From positions 5,394,001 through 5,458,000 of the forward strand of contig NC_087247.1 of the NCBI RefSeq assembly GCF_037042905.1: DNA of 64,000 nucleotides. Direction: 5' to 3'. The translations under genes were made by a program, and so were the position numbers. The notes beneath the pieces are model-generated. The model worked only from the letters and a program-made list of their open reading frames with translations. It was not told the DNA's origin and did not search any database. Each line of letters begins with the position of its first letter. The first letter of the stretch is position 1. Positions 52,869 to 64,000 of the stretch are shown here, piece by piece. The DNA comes from Lytechinus pictus. Its lineage: Eukaryota.

Positions 52869-52993
52869 TGTGAGCGAACATCAATCTTTCCGCTTCCTTA
52901 CGAGTTAATTAGGTCCAATTAGAATATTAACATTAACTATTTTTGGATTATAGGAACTACATAATTCAGAAATCGACGACTTTATACCTACCT

Positions 52994-55707
52994 TTAGCAG
53001 GCTCCATCCTTTGCCTTCGAAAGCAGGAGATCACCACGGATACAAGCAGAGTATCGGAGGTCACATGCACTTCTGTATGTCTGTCCGTCTGTACCGCACA
53101 CCCCCATGCTATGTCCCACGAAATGGTTTGGACAGGGAACGCAGTGGTTTCTCAGGTCCTCTAAATGCAGAAGGAAGTCATATGATAGGGTCAGGTATAA
53201 TTTTCTTGATTAGATAATAATATTGGAGAAATTAAAAGAATGTATTGAATTTTAAAGGATTTTCATCAAGATTATTAGTTGATATGTTTTTATTATACGT
53301 ACCACTAATTTGATGCTTATTGACATATTACATATGTTACGCCTTGACCTTACAAGATGAGGTAACATATTCAATTTTGTCTTTCAATTGATTTATTACA
53401 TTTTTTTATATACCTTCATTTCAAATCACCGTGTCACCATAATACTCCTAAAGAGATGTACTTTTCTGAAATTATTTGAAATAATATAAGTGAAGTGAAA
53501 ACAAATCAATGGTTCCAGGGAGATGTCTCTCTTTTATGCTTATTTCATATCCATTCAATATCGAAGCAAATCGTTGCAAAATGTGTTGCATTGATTTATA
53601 ATACTGCACCGCCTATAGCTATCCCCGAAGTATTTTTTTCTAAACGCAGCTAAATGGGTAATACAATTATTATTGCAGCATTGCTACAAACAATGCCACC
53701 CTACCTTTTCGCAAAAGAAGCATCAGGATTGATGTTCCTCAAGAGAGGTTCACATTTCCCCCTCAAAAACCAAAATAGCATAAGCGGGAGATTTTGTTTT
53801 ATGTGACGTGTATCGATGAAGACGGCCATTGAATGTGACTACATTTAAACAAAAAAATGTCCCACCGTAATCACCATTGGTATCACAACCATTACTGGTG
53901 CCGCCATCTCCATTATCACCACATCCGTTGTCGCCATTGTCTCCATCACTGGGGCTTTCGGGTTCAGGTGCAGATGGAGCCTTTGGAGCGGGAGCTGGTG
54001 CAGGAGGAGCAGGGGGAGCAGGAGCAGGTGGAGCTCTCGGTGCTGGAGCTGGTGCAGGTGCTGGAGCTCTTGGTGCCGGGGCAGGAACTCTTGGTGCCGG
54101 GGCTGGAGCTCTTGGTGCCGGGGCTGGAGCTCTTGGTGCCGGGGCTCTATAAACAGGCGCCCTAGGAGCCTGAGCTGGGGCTCTATAAACAGGCGCCCTA
54201 GGAGCTGATGGTGCAGCGGCGGGTGCATATGCAGGAGCACGGGGAGATGGAGCACGCGCTGGTGCACTAGGGGCTGGTGCCCTTGCAGGAGCTCTGGGGG
54301 CTGGTGCTTGTGCAGGTGCTCGTGGACGTGGAGCGGCAGCAGGGTAACCAGAAGGAGCAGCAGCAGGTGCTCCAGCTCCTCCGCCTCCGGCTCCTCCACT
54401 AAAGCCTCCACCATCGCCGCCGCCAGCACCTCCTCCCCCACCACCACTTGAACCACTTCCGGCACCGTATTCATATCCTCCACACTCTTCACTACTGTCA
54501 CCACCACAACCGCCTGTAAACATTGAGACATTTATATATTATGTATTTTAGCAATAAAGATATACTCTACCACTATAGATAGCATTAACATTTATTGATA
54601 CTGGTATTTTCGTTACATTTTCTGAATGAGATGTTTTCATTGTCTCTTTAGTCTTACATAATTTTTAATTCCGAAGGAATATAGGCCTACATTTAGTTTC
54701 TTTTTTCAATGTGACTTAAACTAACAGATCTGGGGCAGTAACTTCAACCTTCTTCATTTCCAATAGCATCATATATCAAAATTACCCATCGGATGATAAT
54801 TTATTATAAGCTGATATATTCAAATCGGAGTAAAACCATTAAAGAAAACTTTTCCCGGGATAACAATGATATAATTAGGCCTATATATTGCTCGAATAAT
54901 GAAAGTATATTTATTTTACCTCCGAATCCATCTTCGCTGCTGCCTCCACCGTAGTCGTATTCATAACCGTAATCGTATCCCTCGGCTCCATCTCCTCCCT
55001 CTGCTTCACCGTACGCTGCATAATAACCTGGCCCTGATGGAGCAAATGCGGGAGCAGAAGGAGCTCTTGCGGGTGCTCTCATCGGAGCCCTAGGTGATGG
55101 AGCGGCTGGGATCGGTGCCCGAGGTGCTGGGGCTGGAGCACGTGCTCGTGGGGCTGGAGCTCGTGGGGGAGGAGGAGGTGGAGGCGGAGCTCGGGGAGCA
55201 GGCACTGGGGCTGGGGCTGGTGCAGGAGCAGCCGGTGCACATGCCCTGGGATCTGCTGAGCAGGGATCCGTGGAGCCACAGTCAGATCCGCCGTTGTCAC
55301 ATCCATTTCCGTTATCATCACGTTTCTCTGCAAACATTCAGTGCAAAATGAAGGAAATCTGATTTTTGTTTCAATGTACAATTTTCTCTTTAGAGACGGG
55401 TATATTTTTTAATCAATGGCATATTAACCATCTGTAATAGAAATTATATGACAACATTAAATGTAACGTCTCCATTTTACTAATCTCTGTGACAACTGTC
55501 TGCCAATTCACCCCCCCCCAAAAAAAAAAAGGAACAATATCACATTTCATGTTTTTAAATGCCAAGTCAATATGATCAAATCAAATCAAGCCTTGCTTTC
55601 TTTGGGTGGTGTGAACACTTCTTACCTCGCGGCGCTGCGACAGAGGGGTCGACCGTCAATGCCAGCAAAACTAGCAACACTAGGGTTTTCACCAAATCCA
55701 TCTTCAT
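52994..55707 (-). CDS. g7: secreted Pro/Ala/Arg-rich protein with C-terminal 6-Cys Kazal domain (~434 aa)
   Basis: Exons 55707-55626 (MKMDLVKTLVLLVLLALTVDPSVAAPR), 55327-54920 (EKRDDNGNGCD...), 54513-53866 (GGCGGDSSEEC...APAPRAP repeats...GGTSNGCD) and 53160-52994 (EDLRNHCVPCPNHFVGHSMGVCGTDGQTYRSACDLRYSACIRGDLLLSKAKDGAC*). All phase 1. Confidence 0.88.
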
Positions 55708-56173
55708 GACTTCACAACCTGCTGTGTATAAGGAAAACATGAATACATTTATTAGCAGGGAACATTATTTCACGGGGATTTCACGAAATAAAGACTAAAA
55801 GTCACCTAAAATTCGACAATCATGTCTTCAAAAATATTGATAGCTATTCATTAAGTTTACATTGCAGTCCATATTCGGAGTTAAAAATATATATACATGA
55901 AAAAAAAAAAAGGAAATGTGAATATTGAATCATTACCAATGATGTCAATGTGTGCAAAAATCGGATATAAAAACACCAATGCATTAACATGATTAAAATA
56001 ATAAATTGTTCGACTTATACAAAAAATGAAAAGTCATAAATTATACTTACAAACCAGTTAGTTCCTATTTTTATATCTTGTTAAACTATAACAGAGGTTA
56101 ATTGTCCTTAATTTTGTATGTTGATTGGCTCCTCAACTCTGGGAAACTGGGTGATATGCTTTTGGTATTTCCT

Positions 56174-56183
56174 GTATTTATAA
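56174..56183 (-). promoter_or_regulatory. Putative TATA box of g7
   Basis: TTATAAATAC on the minus strand about 125 nt upstream of donor GTAAGT at 56050. Confidence 0.55.
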
Positions 56184-56799
56184 TATTTCTGAAAATCTAT
56201 TTGTTTCATGTCGGGAAAACGCATATTCTGCATCCCTTTTAATTGGGAAGTTGCAATTTATTTTAAATATAGTAATATATAAAGATATCAATTTGTATTG
56301 ATATTTTTGTGTATAATGTTGATTATGATCATATCGATGACTATGTTCCGAGAATCGATTTAAGTTTGAACGTCATCTTACAATCTACCAATCAGCAATG
56401 CATTTCATTAGAGAACTATTTCTTATGTCTTTAGTTTATTCATCACGATCAAATGTGACATTTAAAAGCGAACATCAGTTCACAGAGATCCATCTCCGAG
56501 ACAAAGCCAAGTGTACCCTTGACAGATAAACATTTATTACTCTCATTTTTCTGTGGATTGACAAATTCCGGATCCACTTCAGAAGGGCTTTTGATGATAC
56601 GTGACGCGATTAGATGTAATTCCAGAACATTCGTTTGTCTTTATTCAACAAATGTGCAAAATGTTTTAAGTCTTTGTCACGTTTTGAGTTGAACTGGGAC
56701 ATGCGACGATCCGCATCATTTCTCTTTCACTTTTAATATCTCTTATTTCGTTGTACACGAATTGTGAGAAGTAGTATAAGGCAATCGGAGTGGATGGAT

Positions 56800-57300
56800 A
56801 AAATGAGAAAGAGAAGAAAAGGATGATCAAGGAGAAGAAGAAGTGGTAAAGAGAATAGGAAGGAGAAGAAAATGGAGAAATGAAAAGAAGAAGAAACAGG
56901 AGAAAATAAAAAAGTACAGGAATATTAACGAAGAAGAAGAAGAAGGAGAAAAGAAGAAGAAGAAGGATAAGAAGAAGAAGAAGAGCAAGAAGAAGAAGGA
57001 GAAAAGAAGAAGTGCAAGAAGAAGGAGAAAAGAAGAAAAGGATAAAAAGAAGAAGGAGAGGAAGAAGGTGAAGAAGAAGAAGAAAAAGAAGGAGGAGGAG
57101 GAGAAGAAGAAAAAAGTGAGGAGGAGGAAAAGAAGATTAACAAAGAAGAAAAAAGAAGAAGAAGATGATGGTGATGAAGAAGATAATGAGAAGGTGATGA
57201 AGAAGGACAAGAACAACAACAAGAAAAGGATAAAGAAAAGAGAAGTGAATAAGGAGGACGAGGACGAAGCAAAATAATTATAAGAGGATGATGGTGGAAA
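56800..57300. repeat. Degenerate (GAA/GGA)n purine-rich simple repeat
   Basis: Directly visible; the source of the spurious K/E-rich and F/S-rich ORFs. Confidence 0.9.
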
Positions 57301-57584
57301 GGAGGGTAACAATCACGGAAGCGATGGTGAGAAAAAATTTGGAATTTGCCGTGAAAAAGATAAAAAAATAGGAACAAAGAAACTAATACCGTACAAAAAG
57401 ACGACAAATAAAAAAATAACATGAGAGTAATGATATATAAAATAAACGGAAATAGATAAACTAAAAACAAAATAAGGAGTGGAAGGAAAAGAGGAAAGGA
57501 TATATTCATCCTTTAACGATTAATGAACTTTTTTCTACTATTCAATGAAAGTATTTAATATGCGTGCATCATTGCCACCAATCG

Positions 57585-57890
57585 GCATCACCAGTATCAT
57601 CATCATCATTGTCATCATCATCATCATTATATGCATAATTATCACATAATCATCACAACCATCTCGACGTTATATCGCAATAATCAAATCACCAACACCA
57701 CCACCATGCATCATCATCATCATCACCATCATCATCATCCTCCTTATCATCATCACCGTCATCATTATCGTTGTCATCGTCATCACCGTCATGATTATCA
57801 ACATCATCATCAATTTATTTATTATCACCACAAACATCATTGGAAAAGTCATTACTACCGCCATCACCACCACCCCACCATCGTCCTCAT
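57585..57890. repeat. Degenerate (CAT/CAC)n simple repeat
   Basis: Directly visible, abutting the assembly gap. Confidence 0.85.
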
Positions 57891-57896
57891 TGAAAT

Positions 57897-58048
57897 NNNN
57901 NNNNNNNNNNNNNNNNNNNNNNNNNNNNNNNNNNNNNNNNNNNNNNNNNNNNNNNNNNNNNNNNNNNNNNNNNNNNNNNNNNNNNNNNNNNNNNNNNNNN
58001 NNNNNNNNNNNNNNNNNNNNNNNNNNNNNNNNNNNNNNNNNNNNNNNN
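57897..58048. other. Assembly gap
   Basis: Run of N. Confidence 0.99.
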
Positions 58049-58794
58049 ATTATCACCATCACTATAACAGTTTAGACCACATCAATTACTTCAATCATTA
58101 GTCCTCATTTACCAATGAGATGAAAAAAATATAATATAGTACACGTTATGATTTTTCAAAACAATTTATTTTTTCTATGCATAGGAATGCAAATAAATAA
58201 GACACTAGAAACGAAATCATACAGCAAAGCAAAACAGAAATAAAATCAACGTAAAAGAACAGAGTACAAAACTTGGACAAACAAAAAAGGTAAAAGAGTT
58301 GACATGAAACCAAAAAAAATGATCAAAGGCAAACTACAATTTTTAGTAAAAGGTGCGTAAGAAGGATTACAATGATATAACATCACCAACAGAACAAAGA
58401 CGAATGGAGTATCGAAACAAATATACAAGAGATCAAGGATTTGTTTTATGTAATTCAAATTGTGGAGATAGTACATCATACGGTTGTATGTTTCCAGTCT
58501 TGTGATTATGTAACAAATGACTAAACATCATCACCGTTCCTGTAAAGAAAAAAATAGGAAAATGATAAGAGAAAATACAATGATAATCCACATGCTGATA
58601 ACAGTGAATTAAACAATAATCAAGATAATCGGCGTAATATATTTTGCGCATATTCGTAAAGTGAATTAAAATTTCATGAAAAGTACAGCAGACGACCGTT
58701 ATATGAGTAGCAAAGCATCATCCAAACTTGGTGTCACTTCCGCGGTACAGACAGCTTTTATCGATTACCTAATTATGCATGTTCAGATTAATAA

Positions 58795-59010
58795 TGATAG
58801 AAATTTATCCACATTGTGCTGCACTCAACCCAGGTGAGGTGAATGGGTACCCGGCAGGAGTAATTCCTTGAATGCACTGAGCGCTGAAAGGCAGCTCGAG
58901 CTAAAGCCGGGATAATAATAATAATAAACAATGCGCCTCGGCATAGATTATTTCTAGATAGATGGCACTATATAAATGCCTATTATTATTATTATTATTA
59001 TTGTTATTAT
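58795..59010 (+). mobile_element. 5'-truncated SINE with (TAT)n tail in g8 3'UTR intron
   Basis: TTGTGCTGCACTCAACCCAGGTGAGGTGAATGGGTACCCGGCAGGA...TTCCTTGAATGCAC is the reverse complement of the 5890-6140 copy; (TAT)n tail. Confidence 0.8.
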
Positions 59011-59338
59011 TGATATAATACGAGTTATAGTGGAGGGTGTTCTGATTCAGTTTAAAGAAATGTTTTACAGCAGCGACCTCAAAACTGTATGTACATTATC
59101 GAGTTATGATATGAAGATTATACAGCCTAAAATCTGTAACCGCTTATAATCCCTCTGGCCATTTTGTATGCATAATCTCTTCTCCATATGGAGTATTTCA
59201 TCCAGAAGTAAACATTTAAAAACTTTTCTTCATTTTTGCTCTTTCATGTTCGATAAGTCATTTATACTATGGATGATAAGTAATAGCTACTGAGATCACG
59301 ATTCTAGACAATTAAGATAGGCATGGGAACTCACCATT

Positions 59339-62300
59339 TTAGCAGCGCCCTATCTTGGTCATCGTGAGCTTCTTGTTGGCTTTGGAACAGGCTTCGTAGC
59401 TTAGGTGACATGGACTTTCATAGGTCTTTCCGTTAGAACCACATACCTTGTACTGCTTTACCATATTTGCTGGGCATTTAGTACATCCATGTCTGGTGGA
59501 ACCTGCATTGATGCACAAATAATTTCTGCACAATTTACAAGAATTTCTGCTATGGAATAGTAAGGTATTGGTTTCGTATATGTTCGTTCATAAAATGTTC
59601 GTTCGAGAATAGCAAAGGCACCACTTAAAACCAGGATGTAAGTTTTGTTTCATTTTGTTTTATTTTTTAAACCTTATTGTAAGTGCTTTAGTCATGATTT
59701 CGATGCCATTATTTTGTTTCAAACATTTCATTTTCAGCATCAGTTGAATTGGATGAATTTCAACAGCCTGTTTGTAATATTCCCTGTCCTGTGAGAGCTT
59801 TGATTCAACTATCCACAGTTGACGCTGGTTTAAAACCAAATGATAAGCGATATATTAATCAAATAGTAAGATAGTTTTGTCATGAAAATGTAAACTTGTG
59901 ATACAATCCTCACATATTCCTTACCACCGTTTCCTCCACCGCCGATCCCGCCGCCATTACCGCCAGCTCCAGTTCTCTCTTCGATACCACCAGCTCCATT
60001 CCCTCCAGCGTCACATAATTCACCACCAGCCAGGTTGCAACCGCCATCTCCTCCATTCCCTCCTCCTCCTCCATCACCACCATCGCATCCCTCGCCTCCG
60101 TTGCCATCGCAACCACCATCTCCGCCATCACCACCACCATCTCCGCCATCACCATTATCTCCGCCATCACCTCCATCACCACCATCACCTCCATCACCAC
60201 CGTCACCTCCATCACCGTCTCCGCCACTCTGCCCACCGACCCACCTAGGAATGTAGATTGGGATGAACTGAGGGCGAGAAGGAGGGAATACATTGTTGTA
60301 GCTTCCACCTGGGGGGTCTGCACTGCTTTCTTCATATCCATCGCCGCCATCACCGCCACCGTCTCCACCACCGTCTCCGCCACCATCTCCACCGCCATCA
60401 CCTCCGTCACCTCCATCCCCACCATCACATTCTTCTTCACTGCTGCTGCTACTGCTTCCTCCTCCTCCTGTGCATCCACCTCCACCGTCAGCAGCTAATG
60501 CACATCAAAGGTAAATAAGAAATGTGAGGCCGTATTGTCGATGCAATGCACGCACTTCCTATGTTATAGTTATAGTTAGTATATGGCTTTTTCAACAAAG
60601 TAAAATTATATAATTATATAAAATAACATAGTCCAGACCATGTTTGTCACTTCAGATAAGTATAACAGGAGTAAATCATTATTCAACCACAGATTATTTA
60701 ATTTTTTTTCAAATCGTAAAAATGGGGATGTAGAACAAAAACACAGAAAGAGTAAAAAGTACATCAAAAAGAGAGGTATGGGAGATGCAACTAATTATTT
60801 CCCATATTATTTGACTGAGAGAAAAAGTAACTTCACACCTAGATCGTCTTGCCCCCCTTCCTATCAACATATCCCCGCAATCATGACAAAAGCGACAAAG
60901 AAAAAAGTCAAACTTACCCGAAGCTCCACCAGCATCGCCACCATCACCTCCGTCACACCCGCCATCACCTCCACATCCGCCATCTCCACCACCGTCACCA
61001 CCTCCACAATCTCCGCCACAATCTCCACCGCCGTCACCACCATTTCCACCACAGTCGCCGCCACAGTCGCCGCCACCATCCCCTCCGCAATCGCCACCGC
61101 CACAGTCGCCTCCACCGTCTCCGCCATCTCCACCATCACAGTTGTTACCGCTGCAATCTCCTCCGTCTCCTCCATCGCCCCCGTCGCCGCCATCACAACC
61201 TCCGTCTCCACCGTCACACCCTCCATCACATCCACCATCGCCGCCATCACCACCATCGCATCCACCTCCGTCACCGCCTTCAGCATCGCCTTCCTCTTCA
61301 CTGCTGCTGCTGCTGCTCCCGCCTCCACTTCCACCAGCAGATGCACCACCATCACCGCCATCACCACCGTCTCCGCCACCATCGCCGCCTCCATCGCCAC
61401 CACCGTCACCACCTCCTCCATCTCCTCCACCACCATCTCCTCCACCACCACCATCTCCTCCACCACCACCATCTCCTCCGCCTCCATCACCACCGCCACC
61501 ACCACCACCGCCACCACCGCCGTTTCCATCATTACCGCCACCGCAGTCACCACCTCCACCGTCGCAGCCACCATTGCCGCCTCCATCACCACCACCTCCA
61601 TCACCTCCACCATCGCCGCCGCCATCTCCACCGTCACCGCCATCACCTCCGTCACATCCATCCCCGTTACCACCATCGCATCCATCTCCACCACCGTCTC
61701 CTCCGCCATCCCCTCCATCACAACCGTCTCCATTACCCCCATCACAAGAATCTCCGTCTCCTGTAAATAAAAGTACATAATTATTATAATGATGACAATG
61801 ATGATGATGTTGATGATGATAATAATGATAATTATAAAAATAATGATAATAAACATGATAAATGTAATAATAATAACAATAATGATAATAGTACGTTTTA
61901 TTTTAATGTTACCCGTTTACATCAAAATTTTGTTCAAATCTGTCATACTTTGAGGAGCCCATAATATACAAGCTTTGCTTTCTATAGATCCCACTATAGT
62001 TGGATCCTCAATTTTCGCAACTTATAAATCATATTATCCTTTGTATTTTATCATCATAATGTGTCTATTTTAAGTTGATTTGATGACCTTGGAATACTAT
62101 TTATGACATTGACTTGTTGCGATTATATTAACTTGGCTTATATTTGTTCAAATTGAAATAAATGAAATGAAATGAAATAATAATAATGATAGTATCTTAT
62201 TCTTGAAATATTGCTTATTGAAGCTTTATCCCCAACTATAAAAGACTGGATGACTGACTATCATATTCAAATATAACTGTTTCCTGAATGGCGTTGAAAC

Positions 62301-62718
62301 CACATCATGATAATGATGCATGAGTTGGCGTGTTTATTAGACAATGCAATTAGTGTCAGATGCTGCAAAAATAACAACTAAAACATCACACTCCCACTGA
62401 TACTGCAATTTCTGGAGACTTCTCACATTTATATATATATATATATATATTCAAATGTTTCTTGATTTAGAAAAAAAACTCATGACAATGAAATACCTTT
62501 ACATCTGATGACATGGCTCAAGAAAAACTTGAAATAAACCCAAATGAAAGACGAAAATTCAAAATTGAAATTACTATTCTTGTAAGTTATATGCCTGTGT
62601 CTCATGACTTTGAGGAATACCTACGTTTCGTGATCATGTTTAACCTAGGAGCTGCTACAGCACTGTCTACGACAAATCCTAGGCAAGCCAGGAGAGCGAA
62701 CACGGCTACCGGCCTCAT
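59339..62718 (-). CDS. g8: secreted Gly/Asp/Cys-rich acidic protein with C-terminal 6-Cys Kazal domain (~556 aa)
   Basis: Exons 62718-62625 (MRPVAVFALLACLGFVVDSAVAAPRLNMITK), 61760-60918 (RDGDSCDGG...GGDGG repeats, SSSSSSEEE), 60494-59925 (SSSSSSEEEC...PQFIPIYIPRW...) and 59502-59339 (GSTRHGCTKCPANMVKQYKVCGSNGKTYESPCHLSYEACSKANKKLTMTKIGRC*). All phase 1. The true Gly-rich frame is absent from the ORF track. Confidence 0.86.
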
Positions 62719-63472
62719 GCTGGTAAATGTGCCTGCAACAGAAAAAAAACAAAATTAAAACAAAAGAGGAAAATCAACAAAATCAATCAAAGTCAAAAGA
62801 ATATATCGTGAGGATAATCAACGTGCTCGACGAATATCCTCCACCATATTTTACGCCTACTACTCACTCAGATAGAAATCTTCTTTTTTTTATAATCATC
62901 CCTGGATGAAATTTTGAATTTTGTTTGAAATGCATAACTCCCATTACGATTCTATTGTTGTCAATTTTTTTCCACTGCACAGTGTTTTTTTTTTATTCTT
63001 TCTTGTTAACTTTTGACATTTCGTTTGATGCATGGCATTCCTTCGTGTAAAAATTTTAACAAATCTTTATGAAATTCCAGCTGATAAACTGTCTACTCCA
63101 TGATGTTTTTCCATGACGTCATACACTTTGCGAGTATTTATTGTGGTAGGTATTTTCTGGTTTGACGCTGGAACTATCTCATAGATCCTACCAATCTAAT
63201 TTCCAGAAGATTCATTTTGAATAAAGAATAATCGCTCCAAGAATGTGATTTACACATTCACAAAGTCATATAAAAGTGAAAAACATTTTTTTTCCAATTT
63301 GCTCTTGGGATCGTATGATACCGAACCAATGCAAATCAATTAATAGAGTATACTTACTCCTTGAATATTATAATTCCACAGATTTATTAAGATGTTTCTC
63401 TCCTGATGATTCCCTGTGTCTCAAAAACGGCTCGAACGAGCAAAAAATGATACTTCTTTCAAGACAAGTTCT

Positions 63473-63482
63473 CTATTTATAA
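63473..63482 (-). promoter_or_regulatory. Putative TATA box of g8
   Basis: TTATAAATAG on the minus strand about 116 nt upstream of donor GTAAGT at 63357. Confidence 0.6.
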
Positions 63483-64000
63483 TGAATTGCGTTGGGAGAA
63501 AATCATTTACGAAACAAATCACACAATATGGGTGGATAGTTCTCACAATCTCAGTCCAATCAAATCATATGCTAACAAACGTAGATTAATTTCATCGAAA
63601 CTTTTCCTATATGACCATGGAATAGTTTCAGCGGTCAAAAAAGAAGAAGAAAGGAATAAAGAAGAAAATTGCTGTAGCGAATAAAGACCTTCGTTGCTAT
63701 CTTATTTGCAAAAGTCATAATGGTACACACCCAACTTTCTAGCAGCTATTGGCATGGCCAGGGAAGACACATGTTTCTAGCTAAACTATCAAAGGCGATT
63801 GATAATGTTGTTCAGTTTTACTAATCCAAGAATGAGTCATGGCCATTCGGATATATATCTCTCGCTTATCCACTCCAAATGTATGGAGTATGTATGGACA
63901 TAACAGAATTCCAAGAAATGACAATGGATTATGGAGAATAGGGGAAAGTACTTCACAAACATGGAAAACGTGGACAAACCATTTAAACAATCCAGGGGCC

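Noticed and set aside
6411-55381. Numerous overlapping or antisense ORFs over g1-g7 exons
   Set aside because: Pro/Ala/Gly codons leave alternative frames free of stops; they have no independent gene structure.
56827-58101. K/E-rich, F/S-rich and poly-His ORFs
   Set aside because: Translations of (GAA)n and (CAT)n simple repeats and the N-gap.
59503-59551. Upstream acceptors (TAG/CAG near 59550) that would add RNSCKLCRNYLC to the g8 Kazal exon
   Set aside because: They are phase 2 and incompatible with the phase-1 donor at 59924; the acceptor at 59503 is in phase and gives an exon size like g5/g7.
60640-61856. Long ORFs 60640-61770, 60849-61766, 61142-61780 (+) and 60864-61856 (-), Thr/His/Pro/Val-rich
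   Set aside because: Shadow frames of the GGN-repeat g8 exon; they lack signal exons and splice support, while the Gly/Asp frame splices in phase.
63833-63840. AP-1-like TGAGTCA upstream of g8 (also near 33281 upstream of g4)
   Set aside because: A 7-mer expected by chance and not positionally conserved across the eight promoters.

Overview
AT-rich eukaryotic (animal) genomic DNA with spliceosomal introns, microsatellites, two N-gaps and many non-autonomous DNA transposons and SINEs. The repeats and proteins suggest a sea urchin (inference). The window holds a tandem cluster of eight co-oriented, minus-strand, multi-exon genes (g1-g8, left to right), reconstructed by hand from GT-AG sites; several exons are missing from the ORF track. 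Each encodes a secreted low-complexity protein: signal peptide, short basic propeptide site, Pro/Ala/Arg-rich and/or Gly/Asp-rich blocks, an acidic SSEE-type phospho-motif and a Kazal-type domain. g1-g4 carry an N-terminal Kazal (4-Cys in g1/g3/g4, half-deleted in g2) and a C-terminal C-x8-C module (7 copies in g1). g5-g8 carry a C-terminal 6-Cys Kazal, destroyed in g6 by a 10-bp duplication plus a nonsense codon, and alternate Pro/Ala-rich (g5, g7) with Gly/Asp/Cys-rich (g6, g8) types. All coding introns are phase 1. From memory, the architecture matches Ala/Pro-rich, acidic Gly-rich, Kazal-containing proteins reported from sea urchin tooth matrix, so this is probably a biomineral matrix phosphoprotein cluster; that assignment was not checked by search.
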